Source of the DNA: Iphione sp. A-MEVVRFRX5
Lineage: Eukaryota
DNA: 64,000 nt
Direction: 5' to 3'
NCBI GenBank assembly: GCA_976226885.1
Contig: OZ320323.1
Location: forward strand, 4,898,001 to 4,962,000
Positions 47,779-59,586 of the stretch are shown piece after piece. The notes below the pieces were generated by a model, which saw only the letters and a list, made by a program, of their open reading frames with translations, was not told the origin of the DNA and searched no databases. The position numbers and the translations under genes are program-made. Each line of letters opens with the position of its first letter. Positions within the stretch are counted from its first letter, which is position 1.

Positions 47779-49025
47779 GTAAGCATATCACATTGTGAAA
47801 AAAAAGGCACATCACCCTCGAGTATGGCGCATCACATTTGTTATGTTGATTGTGGAAGCTGTCAACGTTTCTCGGGAAATCAGATACAGTAGGACCTCAG
47901 AACTTGAGGACACAACATTCTCACTGGGAACAGTGTGTCCCGAGTTTTGAGATTCTACTGTGGTGAGAATCAGAATGTCAAACTATGCACTTTATATTTG
48001 TACTGGAGGTCTTTTTTTCTTTTTTTTTCCATTCGAGAAGTAGTTACTTTGTGATGGGCATATCACATTGTGATGCAGGATAATGTGTTATTTGATTGAT
48101 AAATGAACATCATCATGTATGATGCTCAGAGAGAATCACAGACAGCGTTTTCTGCATGGAGAGTATGTACGGAATCAGACACATAATGCCTGAATTATTT
48201 CTTGGGGCGGTAGTTCACACGTCTAGTTGGGCCTCGATATTGTGCTCTCCCTTGGTATACATCAACATTGGTTATATTACGAATATGACCGTAGATCTAA
48301 AAACCCCCATAATATGACAAATTTCACACCTATTTACATTTGTCACCAAGTGGTTGCCTTTTTCTACCATTGTGCCATGGCATAGCTCCTGTGAAATGCA
48401 CCCTCACAATAAATAACTGACTAGATTTATGAGATAAACCGGGCCTTTCCTAGTAAAAGACGATAGACCGGAGGCGAAGGTGATTGCATCTCTGGTGAGA
48501 CCATAAACTTGAACATTTTGTACAGAGATACTTAGTGTAGGACGAACAATCCATCCTGTCATGATTCAGACTATATTACAGGTGGTTACCGTGCTCGTGG
48601 CCACGTGACTGGGATGCGGGTCCTTATTTCAGCATATGCAAATTAATGAAGGAAGAAGATACCATCATGTTGTACCCGGACGCCCGTACATATATGATAA
48701 GCAGATTAGATATATATATTATGTATATTATATATATGACAAGCCTTCATTCCTCTGCTACCACCACATACATACTCACTGCACCGGTAACTGACATAGA
48801 ATGACAGTCGATGCCTACCGAATGAGCTGTTCCTCTCCTCCTACCTGTACACATATAAACTGTACTAGCACATACTACAGCAGTTTTTATACACAGTGCC
48901 AGTTCCAGCTCTCCTCCGGCCCGTACACATATAAACTGTACTAGTACATGACCCAGTGCAATAGCCTTGACACACAATGTCAGCTGTCTGTCTATGGCTA
49001 CCTGTACACATATAAACTGTACCTG

Positions 49026-49326
49026 CAGGCTCGTAGACAGCAAGTTTTTTTCTTTTTTTTGGGGGGGGGGGAGGTAATCTCAAATTAGGAACTCCTAGTT
49101 AGAGAGTTGAAACCCCTGATTTAGAGAGGTGGAATTCCTGGTTAGAGAGGTCTTCCTCTCTCTCTCTCCCTGCCCTATCTCTCCCTCTCTTTTTCTCTCT
49201 GTCCTCTCTATCTCCCTCTGTCTTATGATACCCCTTGGCTACAAGCATGGAGAGGTGGAACTCCTCGCTTTTGGGGGGAGGGGGGTATCGGACGATACCC
49301 CAGATACCCCCTTGGCTACAGGCCTG
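49026..49326 (-). mobile_element. MITE family A copy (reverse orientation)
   Basis: Left end CAGGCTCGTAGACAG and right end TTGGCTACAGGCCTG. The interior resembles the reverse complement of 25720-26121. Confidence 0.7.
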
Positions 49327-50199
49327 ACCAGTACTTGACATAATACAACAGTCTACATAACCAGTGAAAGATTTATCTCTCCTTTTACCAGTGCATGCAC
49401 TCGCAATACTCGTACATGACAAACCACAACAACTGTGCTCATTCTGTCGTCCTACTAGTACATTAAGTCGGACGATACCCCAGATACCCCCTTGGCTACA
49501 GGCCTGACCAGTACTTGACATAATACAACAGTCTACATAACCAGTGAAAGATTTATCTCTCCTTCTACCAGTGCATGCACTCGCAATACTGGTACATGAC
49601 AATCCACAACAACTGTGCTCATTCCGTCGTCCTACTAGTACATTAAGTCGGACGATACCCCAGATACCCCCTTGGCTACAGGCCTGACCAGTACTTAACA
49701 TAATACAACAGTCTAGACAACCAGTGAAAGATTTCTCTCCTTCTACCAGTGCATGCACTCGCAATACTGGTACATGACAATCCACAACAACTGTGCTCAT
49801 TCCGTCGTCCTAGTACCAGTACATTAAGTCGGACGATACCCCAGATACCCCCCTTGGCTACAGGCTTGACCAGTACTTAACATAATACAACAGTCTAGAC
49901 AACCAGTGAAAGATTTATCTCTCCTTCTACCAGTGCATGCACTCGCAATACTGGTACATGACAATCCACAACAACTGTGCTCATTCCGTCGTCCTACTAG
50001 TACATTAAGTCGGACGATACCCCAGATACCCCCTTGGCTACAGACCTGACCAGTACTTGACATAATACAACAGTCTAGACAACCAGTGAAAGATTTATCT
50101 CTCCTTTTACCAGTGCATGCACACGCAATACTGGTACATGACAAACCACAACAACTACATGTGCTCATTCCGTCGTCTTAATACCAGTATATTAAGTCG
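49288..50199. repeat. 180-181-bp tandem array (5 units) containing a MITE end
   Basis: TCGGACGATACCCC starts at 49288, 49468, 49648, 49829 and 50010. Confidence 0.95.
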
Positions 50200-51379
50200 T
50201 TCTGTCAAAGAAATGGATGTACAACAAAGCAGTTTGTCCATAGTACCAGATCTACTCCTTTCAGTTTAGATTTTCTTCACGTATAATTACGTACTATGAT
50301 ACTGTGACGGTCGTCCCTTTCCATCTCCTGAGACAACAAAACACCGACTACCGCTGCAACACTGTTTCTTCGAGCGCAGGCAGTTAATTGTGTACTGAGC
50401 TGTGTTTTAATACTCCCGCAGCGATAGAAGCCCTCTGTAGTCAAGTTGCGTGGAAGGTCTCTGTAGTTTTCATTTTTAAAAAGTGTAATGTAAAAAAACC
50501 GTGACAGTATAGAAAAAAATTCTTCATTTTAATATGACTTCATTGTGAAGTTTCGACACGAACAGTCACACGATCGTCGGTTCAACGTTACCTTCGACGA
50601 TCCCCTCACACGGGGAGTAAACAGAGGACCTTTCACCGTGAAGTCAGCTACAACAATGTACCCCCACCACACGCGTACGTCCCTCTTCCTTCTAAGTGCA
50701 TGGACGCAGTACATCAGAATCGGGGGGTGGGGAAGTTTCGACTTCCTTCAGTAACTTATTATAGGAGTACGCGTGCACTACTCCGTCCCCCCTCCCCCCA
50801 CCCCCCCCCCACCCACCCACCGACTTGTTACACACAGAGGGACGGTGCGTGTGTCATCAGGACAATGTCCTTATACGGTCACCGAGTGCAAGTGTCCTTA
50901 AGACTCTCTATTGTTATCGCCCTCATTTCTTGTATCAGTTGATGTGGGTCATCGAAAACATCATCTTTGATATTATCGAATAGCTTCATTTAACTTCCCA
51001 AGCATCAGCATCGTCAGCAGCAGCAAGGAGGTGAGCATGCTACATAAACGAACATGAAAATGGCGATTCTTCCTCATCTTTACAGTAGAAAGTCACCCTT
51101 TTAGGGACACGTCTCCATTCGGGACAAGTCTCGAATGGGGCCACTTTCAAGAAGAACTGATTGTCTCTACTGTATATGAAAAGGAGTCTCTAATAGGGAT
51201 GCACCTCAGTTAGGGACAGCTTGGGAAAGGTTGTCCTTATTAGCCCAACCCCATGTATAAGGCTCCATTTTGCAGCTAATTAAAGTGTCAAAGTCACATA
51301 TGTGCATGTAACATAATTCAACCCCTACGAAATAATCACTGTGAGATGACTGAAACAGTAACAGGTTGTTCAGACATTA

Positions 51380-51713
51380 GGCCCCCAAAAATAGGTGTGT
51401 TTCTGGTAACCCACCCCTACCTAGTAAAACCTCACCCTACCTAAAACAAAATGTTTGGCCCCAAAGAGTTTCCGAGGCTGTATTTTCTTAGATATGTGTT
51501 TCCACAGCCCATGCTTTTTGGTAAATTAAGTAGAAAAACAAAATCCATGGAAATTCAGCAAAAATACTGTAAATTGGTAAAATTTCTTCATATTATCTTT
51601 ATTAATATTAAAAACTAGAGGAAAAAAGTGGAAAGAAAATTTTAAAAAGAAGATACCCCCTCCCTACCTAGGTTTTAGGGTGGTCGTTACCAGAAACACA
51701 CCCATTTTTTGCC
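51380..51713 (-). mobile_element. MITE family B copy, inverted relative to 41809-42147
   Basis: Reverse-complement similarity to 41809-42147 along its whole length; flanks TTA and TCA. Confidence 0.8.
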
Positions 51714-53276
51714 TCATGCAGGCCAGCATTATTCTTGTCTGGTCCTCAATGATTTCTCATTGGAATGAAATGACCAACTGAAAAAAAGGACAGTGTTTAA
51801 TGGTGTTTGAAGGAGCATTTGTTTGCCCCCTTGGTCTGACCTCTGTAGGTTGATAACAGCTTTTTTTATTTGGTTAGTTCACAGTCCTCGTTCTGTCGAT
51901 TCCGAGAATGACATCAGTCGGGAGTCATAGAGTGGGCTCTACCAGCGATACGTGGAGACAGTCCAGTCCCCATCATGATAACCGCAAACCTAGTTTATTA
52001 ACCCACACCCAATGTCACTTATTTGCTTTTTTAAAAATCAGATTGAAGTGAGACTTTAGTCAGATTTGAGAGTGTGACATTACGGTAAATCTACATTTTT
52101 TTTAGCGCATTGAACCTGGCAACAGTCTTTTCTTGGAAGCCGTCTGAGTTGTTCCTCAAGATTCTGTAACAAGGATCTCATAAAGTCTCTTTCGGTGTAG
52201 CTTCCGTGAAAATTACCATGTTTGACATTGGGTCAGTGATACTTGAGATTTTATTGGGGTAGTAGTAGTGTGAATATTAGTATACGTTTGGTATGTTATC
52301 ATAATTTTCAGTTGTGGTCATGATTGGTTCATTGATATTCCTGAATATTTATGTGTAGTGTGAATGTGTTGACACTGTATATTACAAATAACCATCTCCA
52401 TCAATGGTGGCCTTCAGTACAAGTGGTCGCTATGTCCTTGTGTTGACACTGTATATTAAAACAAGAGTAAACACACATAAAATTAGATTTATGAATAAAA
52501 CTCACCTTCTACAGATTAGCTGAAGCATCTTTCATATGTTTCTGCTGATACACATCCATTTCAGCCACTGACAGTCCTTAATTTGCTTTAAATCCATCTA
52601 TTTCTGCCCCTACCCCCCTTCCTACAGCCGATTTCGAAAACGGTGGTAGCTACTTGTCCTATTCTGTGAGGGACGAACAGGAGGACAGGGTACCAGTCTA
52701 CTGTTCTGCTTGACTGGACACAGAGGTGTAGTACTAGTGATACTAAATCTCGTAAATCCTCACATCTGCACGAGATTTCCCCCCTATCGGACTACTTTCG
52801 GGCAACGTTTTATATAGGTAGTGTAAATAACTATCTCAATCAAAGGCAGCCTTCAGTAAGAGTAGTTGCTATATGTCCATGTGTTGAGAGTAGCTTTATT
52901 TCTGGAATAGATGTACAGGCTGGATCATGATAGACCCTTCCTCAGGAGAATAAAAATGCATGAAATATTTGTGAAGTTTCTTTTGTTGTCCTCTCTTCAG
53001 AATAACGTGACTAAGGCATGACGGGATCAGCGCCTCCAGTACAAATAGCCAGAGACATACCCTGACCCTAAAAATGCTGACTTTGTGTTTTTTTATGGTA
53101 AAGGATATAAACCAACATAAACCTTTCTCCTTTCTTTTCTCACCACAGGGTGACGTCATTGTTTGGTCAAAGGATCATTTTCCCCACCGCTGTTTTTTTT
53201 CTACACTGCCCCTAGACCCATCAAATACGTTAACGTTTTGTTAATTATTTTCCCTCTCTTCGTTTCTCTTCGGTAG

Positions 53277-53482
53277 AATGACATCATCGAGTGGTCACGT
53301 GATCATCGCCTCCATCACAAGTATTCGGAAACAGACGCTGACCCCCACAATGCCAACCGAGGTTTCTTCTTCGCCCACATGGGGTGGTTACTCGTCCGGA
53401 AACACCCTGATGTGAAGGTCAAAGGTCGTGAACTCAACTACGATGACCTCTACCGGGATCCCGTGCTGGTCGCACAGAGAAA
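53277..53482 (+). CDS. SCD: SCD, coding exon 3 (His box 2)
   Basis: Acceptor tttctcttcggtag|, 206 nt, donor AA|GTGAGA. Encodes NDIIEWSRDHRLHHKYSETDADPHNANRGFFFAHMGWLLVRKHPDVKVKGRELNYDDLYRDPVLVAQR. Not in the ORF track. Confidence 0.96.
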
Positions 53483-53872
53483 GTGAGAACAGTTTTCAAT
53501 TGTGGACCCATTGATTGTTCAATTCATTGAATATTTCTTTTCCAACTTTTTTGCCCCTTACTGGTCAGTTTTGGGGATGAAAGCTTCTTGCCACTTATGG
53601 CTGTTAAAAAGTTTCGCTCAGTCTTTTTTGGTGAGCTACCTGCAAAGTTTGAAACTCTGCTTTACTAGAGTGCCTGCCAGCAGCACTGTTGTCCTACATA
53701 ACCTTCTGCCTGTCAGTCGTGCCAGGAAAGTCTCAACGCTTCCCCAAACGGTGCTGCAAGTCGCAGCTTTCCTGGCCTGTATCCGCACTTGACCCACCCA
53801 TGAAAATTTTAACCCTTCTCTGCATGCTTTAACTTTCCCCGCACTGTCTCTCTTGTATTTCCCCACATCTAA

Positions 53873-54917
53873 CTGGGTACCCCACCAGAACTTAACCCTT
53901 CTTTTCAGCCTATACTTGTGAGCACTGGCTCTCTCTGGTCTCTTCTTGTCTGGCTGTGTACCTGATCATTACGACTTTAACCCTTGCTCCCCTACAGACT
54001 GTACCTGCCAGCCGTGGCCCTCCTGTGTTTCGGCCTACCCACCTGGGTGCCCCACCAGAACTGTTTAAACCCTCCTCCCCAACCTATACTTGCTAACTGC
54101 AGCTTTCTTTAGTGTCTGCCTATCTGGCTGTGTACCTGATGATTACAGCCCTTGCTCCCCTACAGACTGTACCTGCCAGCCGTGGCCCTCCTGTGTTTCG
54201 GTCTTCCGACCTGGGTGCCCCACCAGAACTGTTTAAACCCTCCTCCCCAACCTATACTTGCTAACTGCAGCTTTCTTTAGTGTCTGCCTATCTGGCTGTG
54301 TACCTGATGATTACAGCCCTTGCTCCCCTACAGACTGTACCTGCCAGCCGTGGCCCTCCTGTGTTTCGGTCTTCCCACCTGGGTGCCCCACCAGAACTGT
54401 TTAAACCCTCCTCCCCAGCCTATATTTGCTAACTGCAGCTTTCTTTAGTGTCTGCCTATCTGGCTGTGTACCTGATGATTACAGCTTTAACCCTTGCTCC
54501 CCTACAGACTGTACCTGCCAGCCGTGGCCCTCCTGTGTTTCGGTCTTCCCACCTGGGTGCCCCACCAGAACTGTTTAAACCCTCCTCCCCAGCCTATATT
54601 TGCTAACTGCAGCTTTCTTTAGTGTCTGCCTATCTGGCTGTGTACCTGATGATTACAGCTTTAACCCTTGCTCCCCTACAGACTGTACCTGCCAGCTGTG
54701 GCCCTCCTGTGTTTCGGCCTACCCACCTGGGTGCCCCACCAGAACTGTTTAAACCCTCCTCCCCAACCTATACTTGCTAACTGCAGCTTTCTTTAGTGTC
54801 TGCCTATCTGGCTGTGTACCTGATGATTACAGCTTTAACCCTTGCTCCCCTACAGACTGTACCTGCCAGCCGTGGCCCTCCTGTGTTTCGGTCTTCCCAC
54901 CTGGGTGCCCCACCACT
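53873..54917. repeat. 168/174-bp tandem array that includes the SCD last-exon acceptor and exon start
   Basis: CCCCTACAG|ACTGTACCTGCCAG recurs with exon-like starts at 53998, 54166, 54334, 54508, 54682 and 54856. Confidence 0.97.
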
Positions 54918-55411
54918 ACTGGGGAGAGGACGCCTGGGCGGCCTTCTTCACGTGCGGCGTCCTTCGCTACGCACTCTCGTTGAACATCACGTGGTTGGTG
55001 AACAGCGCGGCGCACATGTGGGGCAACCGGCCGTACGACCGCCATATTAACCCGGCCGAGAACATTTTCGTCACCTTCGGGGCAGTGGGCGAGGGTTACC
55101 ATAACTACCACCACACCTTCCCCTCGGACTACTCCACCAGCGAGTACGGCTGGAAGCTAAACCTCACCACCCTCTTTATCGACTTCCTCGCCTACTTTGG
55201 CCAGGTCAGCGACCGGAAGAAGATGAGCAGGGACGCCGTCTTCCGCCGGAGCATGCGCACTGGCGATGGTTCGCGGGGATTCGGACACCTGAAGGCCAGG
55301 GTGGATAAGACGACGGAAGTGAAGACGTCACTTCCGGGAGAGGAGGACAGCAATGGCGGCCCCACGACGGAGAGGGGCGCGAATGGCGCGACTAAAGAAC
55401 ACGCTAGTTAG
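54856..55411 (+). CDS. SCD: SCD, last coding exon (His box 3)
   Basis: Acceptor ccttgctcccctacag|. Encodes LYLPAVALLCFGLPTWVPHHYWGED...WLVNSAAHMWGNRPYD...GEGYHNYHHTFPSDYSTSE...RTGDGS...*. The four exons sum to 1134 nt (377 aa plus stop). Confidence 0.95.
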
Positions 55412-55834
55412 ATATAGTCTATACACGAGTAGTTCCCGAAGTATGGGGCAGGGCGGGGAGTAAACAAGGGGGGGGGGATGCTATGTGATTTAAAGATAAT
55501 ATAGTCTTATGTTTTGTATCGATCAACTTAAAAAGTTGTACAAAAGAAGTAGCGACCAGTTGGCGAGAAAACCGTTCGAAAACACCAAAACCCAACAACG
55601 TTGTACATTTAGCTGGCTTTATTAAATTAAAATCTTCCGCTCCCGTTTCTGACCTACGGGTTCGACATCAGGGCGTAGTTCAGATGTTGTTTGATGTTTG
55701 TAAAATGTTGATATGGATATTGTGTATACATGTACATGTACTTATATGTATAGATAAAGGGAGGTTCATGGGCTTTCGCGTGGCTTACCGATAAGACTGA
55801 TTAGATTAGATTAAACTGTACCCAACAGATAACA

Positions 55835-56176
55835 GGCCTTAAAAAATGTATCTGTGTTTCCGGTAACACACTGAAGAAAATATAGGGACAATAGGTCGGT
55901 AGCACTTTAAATAGATTTTTCTTCATTGTTAAAAGCCCCTGGAAACAACAAATGTATGTGTCCAAGCCTGACAATACCACTTTCCCTGCTGAGATCTTTA
56001 TGCAACCTATATCATGAAAGCTAATGCCCCGTAAGCAACGGTAATCATTTATTGTATGAGTCTCTAGTTTTATTCTTTCTCAAGATATTCACAAAACAAT
56101 AAAAGAAAATATAGAATTGGGAGAGAAATGAGGGTGGGTCGGGTTACTTGAAACACACGTACATTGTTAACAGGCC
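55835..56176. mobile_element. MITE family B copy downstream of the SCD stop codon
   Basis: GGCCTTAAAAAATGTATCTGTGTTTCCGGTAAC at the left end and degenerate GTTACTTGAAACAC...GGCC at the right end. Confidence 0.65.
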
Positions 56177-57779
56177 CCATCTTGTATTAAGGAAGTCTAC
56201 GTATAAGGCAGGTGTCAAGGAAGTGTGCAGTACTTCAGGTTCACCACCTTAGGGCGATCACTGGTCGGGATTAGCTTGGGAAGGGATATTCAGATCACAT
56301 CTTTTCGACGCCTTGGGAGATTTAAGGTAGATTAATTCCTTCTCTTTATTTCCTTGCATTGGTTGAAGTACAGAGCTCCATCCTCCATAAAAAAACAAAA
56401 ACAATGTGAATACATGTAGTCTGTAGTTCAGAGCTGCAGCACTTAGTACCCAATAAATAAAGGGAGGGGCAATATGGGGAGACAGTGGCGTAATAATCCT
56501 TAGTCAAGACCGGCTGTATTGGTTTGACCCTCGAATCAGCAGGTTAGAGACGACATAACGAAATTAAGCCGCTTCTTCCAGCAGTTGCCCCGTCTGAATC
56601 TTACTCCCGTGTCAATCCCAGTGATTTCCAAGGTGAATGCATACCCTCAAAGATCATCAGATATAGTCCCCCCCAAAATGGTCAGAAACCAGTATTTGTA
56701 GGTTCAGTGAATTTTTCGTGATGTCTTAATGCCTCGTACGGTTACTGTCCAAGTGAAACATTGCTATTCTGGAAGTTTGCAGAACGGTATACGCTGACTG
56801 CAAGAATAAATTCTTCTCAGGAATAAAATACTCTTGCAAATGGTACTACTGTATGTTAAGTTAGGTAGGTTTTTGCCTTTGTGTCACAAAACAGCTGTAT
56901 ATACTGTCTCGAGAAACTTTTTTTTAATATTTGGTTTACGAATCGATGCTTTACCTGTCGAAAGTCCAAAAGGACAAAGTAGTATTTTTTTTAAAAGTAA
57001 GAGTAATCAAAACCACGTGTGCTTTGTATTCTCTAACGATCATATCTGCGGCGGTTGCAGAGGACTGGCCCCCTTCATGTATAAGAACTATGAGTATGCC
57101 ATCCTGCTGATTTATAAATCTATTTTTAAAAAAAGACTTATAAATCCAAAATGTATATCTCCTTACAAAACAGCCAGGATATGTGTTGATTCAACTTTTG
57201 AAGAGTTAAACAACAGTTTATGGGAACTCTATTCGTATGATTGCAGGTATCCTCCGCCTAAGTATTACGAATTTCATCTCATTATATAAACTGCTGCTTG
57301 TTTTGTATCTCATCCTTCAGGAAACTGCTTATTTTTATGGTTTACAGGGTATTCCCCTGGCGTAACACTGGCTGGAAAAGGTATGGTCAGTGCTATAAGA
57401 TTAATTACCGTATCCAGATGAGTGAATTACCAGTATGCATGTATATCTTTATAGCCTTCACTTCATTCTTGTGATCCACTCATGTGTAGGACTCATAGCT
57501 TTGCAGGTTATGAGAATATTATTTATTTCAAAATAGGTGTTTTTTTTGTGACCGTCAGAAAGTATCTTTATATGGTGTAATGCAGGTGGGGGATGTTGTA
57601 GTCAGTCAGTTTTAATTTCCTGACGTTTTTGTAATAAAGTGAAACTACTCTAATTCGTGCTATTTATAGACTGTCCCCTTCTCATCTGACACAGCTGACA
57701 TGGACAACAACTTTCTGGGCCCGTCAAATACGAGTAAAACAAGATTAAAGCAATGTTCAGAGTAAGAGATCCCGATTTA

Positions 57780-58087
57780 GGTGGTGTACACATGTATCCG
57801 TATTTTTCAAAAACGGGTACGGACCCGTAGACGTATTTCTCCCAATCTTAACAATTGTACTACGTTGTTCACATGCAACCGTAAAAAAACGGATACGGAC
57901 CCAGGTCCGTTTTCCAAACCGTCCACGACGGATTTTTTACGGACCCAGGTCCGTTTTCCATAGGGAGCAATGGTGAAGGGACATCTGGAATTACATATGG
58001 GAGAGCCTTGAACAAACACAGCAGGAGGTTGTCCACGTCTACGGACCCGTAGCCGTTTTATTTGTACGGATACATGTGTACACCGCC
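57780..58087. mobile_element. PIF/Harbinger-like MITE (separate family)
   Basis: Perfect 20-bp inverted repeat GGTGTACACATGTATCCGTA / TACGGATACATGTGTACACC inside the termini, TTA on both flanks, and internal ACGGACCC repeats. Confidence 0.8.
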
Positions 58088-59408
58088 TTACCGAATTCGT
58101 TACCAATCTCTTCAGACCTGGAGACCTACACGGAAAATGTGCATTTCTCTTCCGCCATTAGGTTATAAGAGATTAGGTATAAGTTCAAACAATCATACCT
58201 TCCTTCTCCTCTTGTTCGGATTCACTCCATTTTCGTAATAATCTACAAGAGCTCGTATAAAAATGTCGATGATTGTACCTTGAGAAATGTCATATATATA
58301 TATGTATATATATAATCAATGTCTCACAGTACATGTGTCAGTGCGTACATGGGGGGGGAGCCGTCCACGGTGTTTTTTTTATTGATATGTCGGAGAACCG
58401 TTTAGCAGGGTGCCATCAGAAACGCCATGAATATATTGTGAATATATATTACACAGTACTTCTGTCAGTGTGATACAATGAGGGCACCAGCAGAAGTGGC
58501 ATATGCAAATAATGGGGGGGGGGTAGGTATGGTATTGCCATCTGCTAAGTCGACTTGTTTCTTGAAAATGGTTTGCAAATAAGTGCTACGTTTATTTCCA
58601 GTAAACAACATGTAAAATCAACTACTGAGGAGAGAAATATAACTGATAGAACATTATTACTCTAAACCAGAAATTCACATGAAACAGACAATGTAATATT
58701 GTAGAGAAGACCTCCCCTGGCAGTGTATATTAAGCTTCTAGGTTTATATTGTTGTATTTGTATTAATTGATCCATTGAGACGCTTGGAGTTGATCCGAGC
58801 CAGAAATGCCGGTAAAATGCTTACGATGCCTGCCACAAGGGGGCAGCATGATTCCAGTAGAACTCTCCAGTAATTCGGGTCACCTCTATTATCATAATTA
58901 TTGGTATATATTTGTATATACAAGTGAAGACTGTTAGCTTTGTTGCTTTTTTTCCCGAAACTGAAGAAGATAAAATAAAACGTTCAAGATTTGCACTATT
59001 ATTTTGCTTATTCCTCCTGATAATCCTTGGCAAATGACCAAAGGGACAATTTGATCCATTATAGTACATTCGTAAGGTAGGTAATGAATAATACCAAATA
59101 TAATACGACAGTTGGTCGAAAATATGTACCATTCCCTCAGAGACAGTCCAGATGGCGCAACTGCAGACTCGGGTAAACACCAGTGTGTAATATGCTACAA
59201 AGTGAAAATCTCATTAAATTATTTTCACTGCTGATATCTTAACAAGTATTTTTTCCACCCGACACTCTACATATCCTTTACGTGTTGATGCTTCCAGTAC
59301 ATTCTGACAGCAGCTAGCTTTGTAACGGGCAATAATGTAGATGCAATCATGTGGAAAGGTAAATCCTTTGAAATTACATGGTGACATGTTACGGGGTCTT
59401 TCCATGTA

Positions 59409-59586
59409 CAGTGGAAACTTGATTTGCGACCACTCCAATTTCCAACCATTCTCACTAATACAACCACTAGAGCTGGGACCAGAAATTATCTTTTCTATAG
59501 GAATTATGATCAATGTGGGACCAAACTCACTAATACAACCACTTTTGGCTGGTCCCAAAGGGCAGTCATAAATAGGGATTCTACTG
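59409..59586. mobile_element. TA-flanked CAGT...ACTG MITE (Tc1/mariner-like)
   Basis: TA|CAGTGGAA...TTCTACTG|TA. Shorter relatives occur at 51083-51172 (TA on both sides) and 47887-47960. Confidence 0.6.

Noticed and set aside
49099-50168. 233-aa and 114-aa Cys-rich repeat ORFs on the minus strand
   Set aside because: They are read-through of the 180-bp tandem array and a MITE end, with no start context or recognisable domain.
8405-54917. CRISPR-like interpretation of the 25-, 36-, 68- and 168-180-bp arrays
   Set aside because: The units are contiguous with no unique spacers, no cas genes are present, and the context is eukaryotic and intronic.
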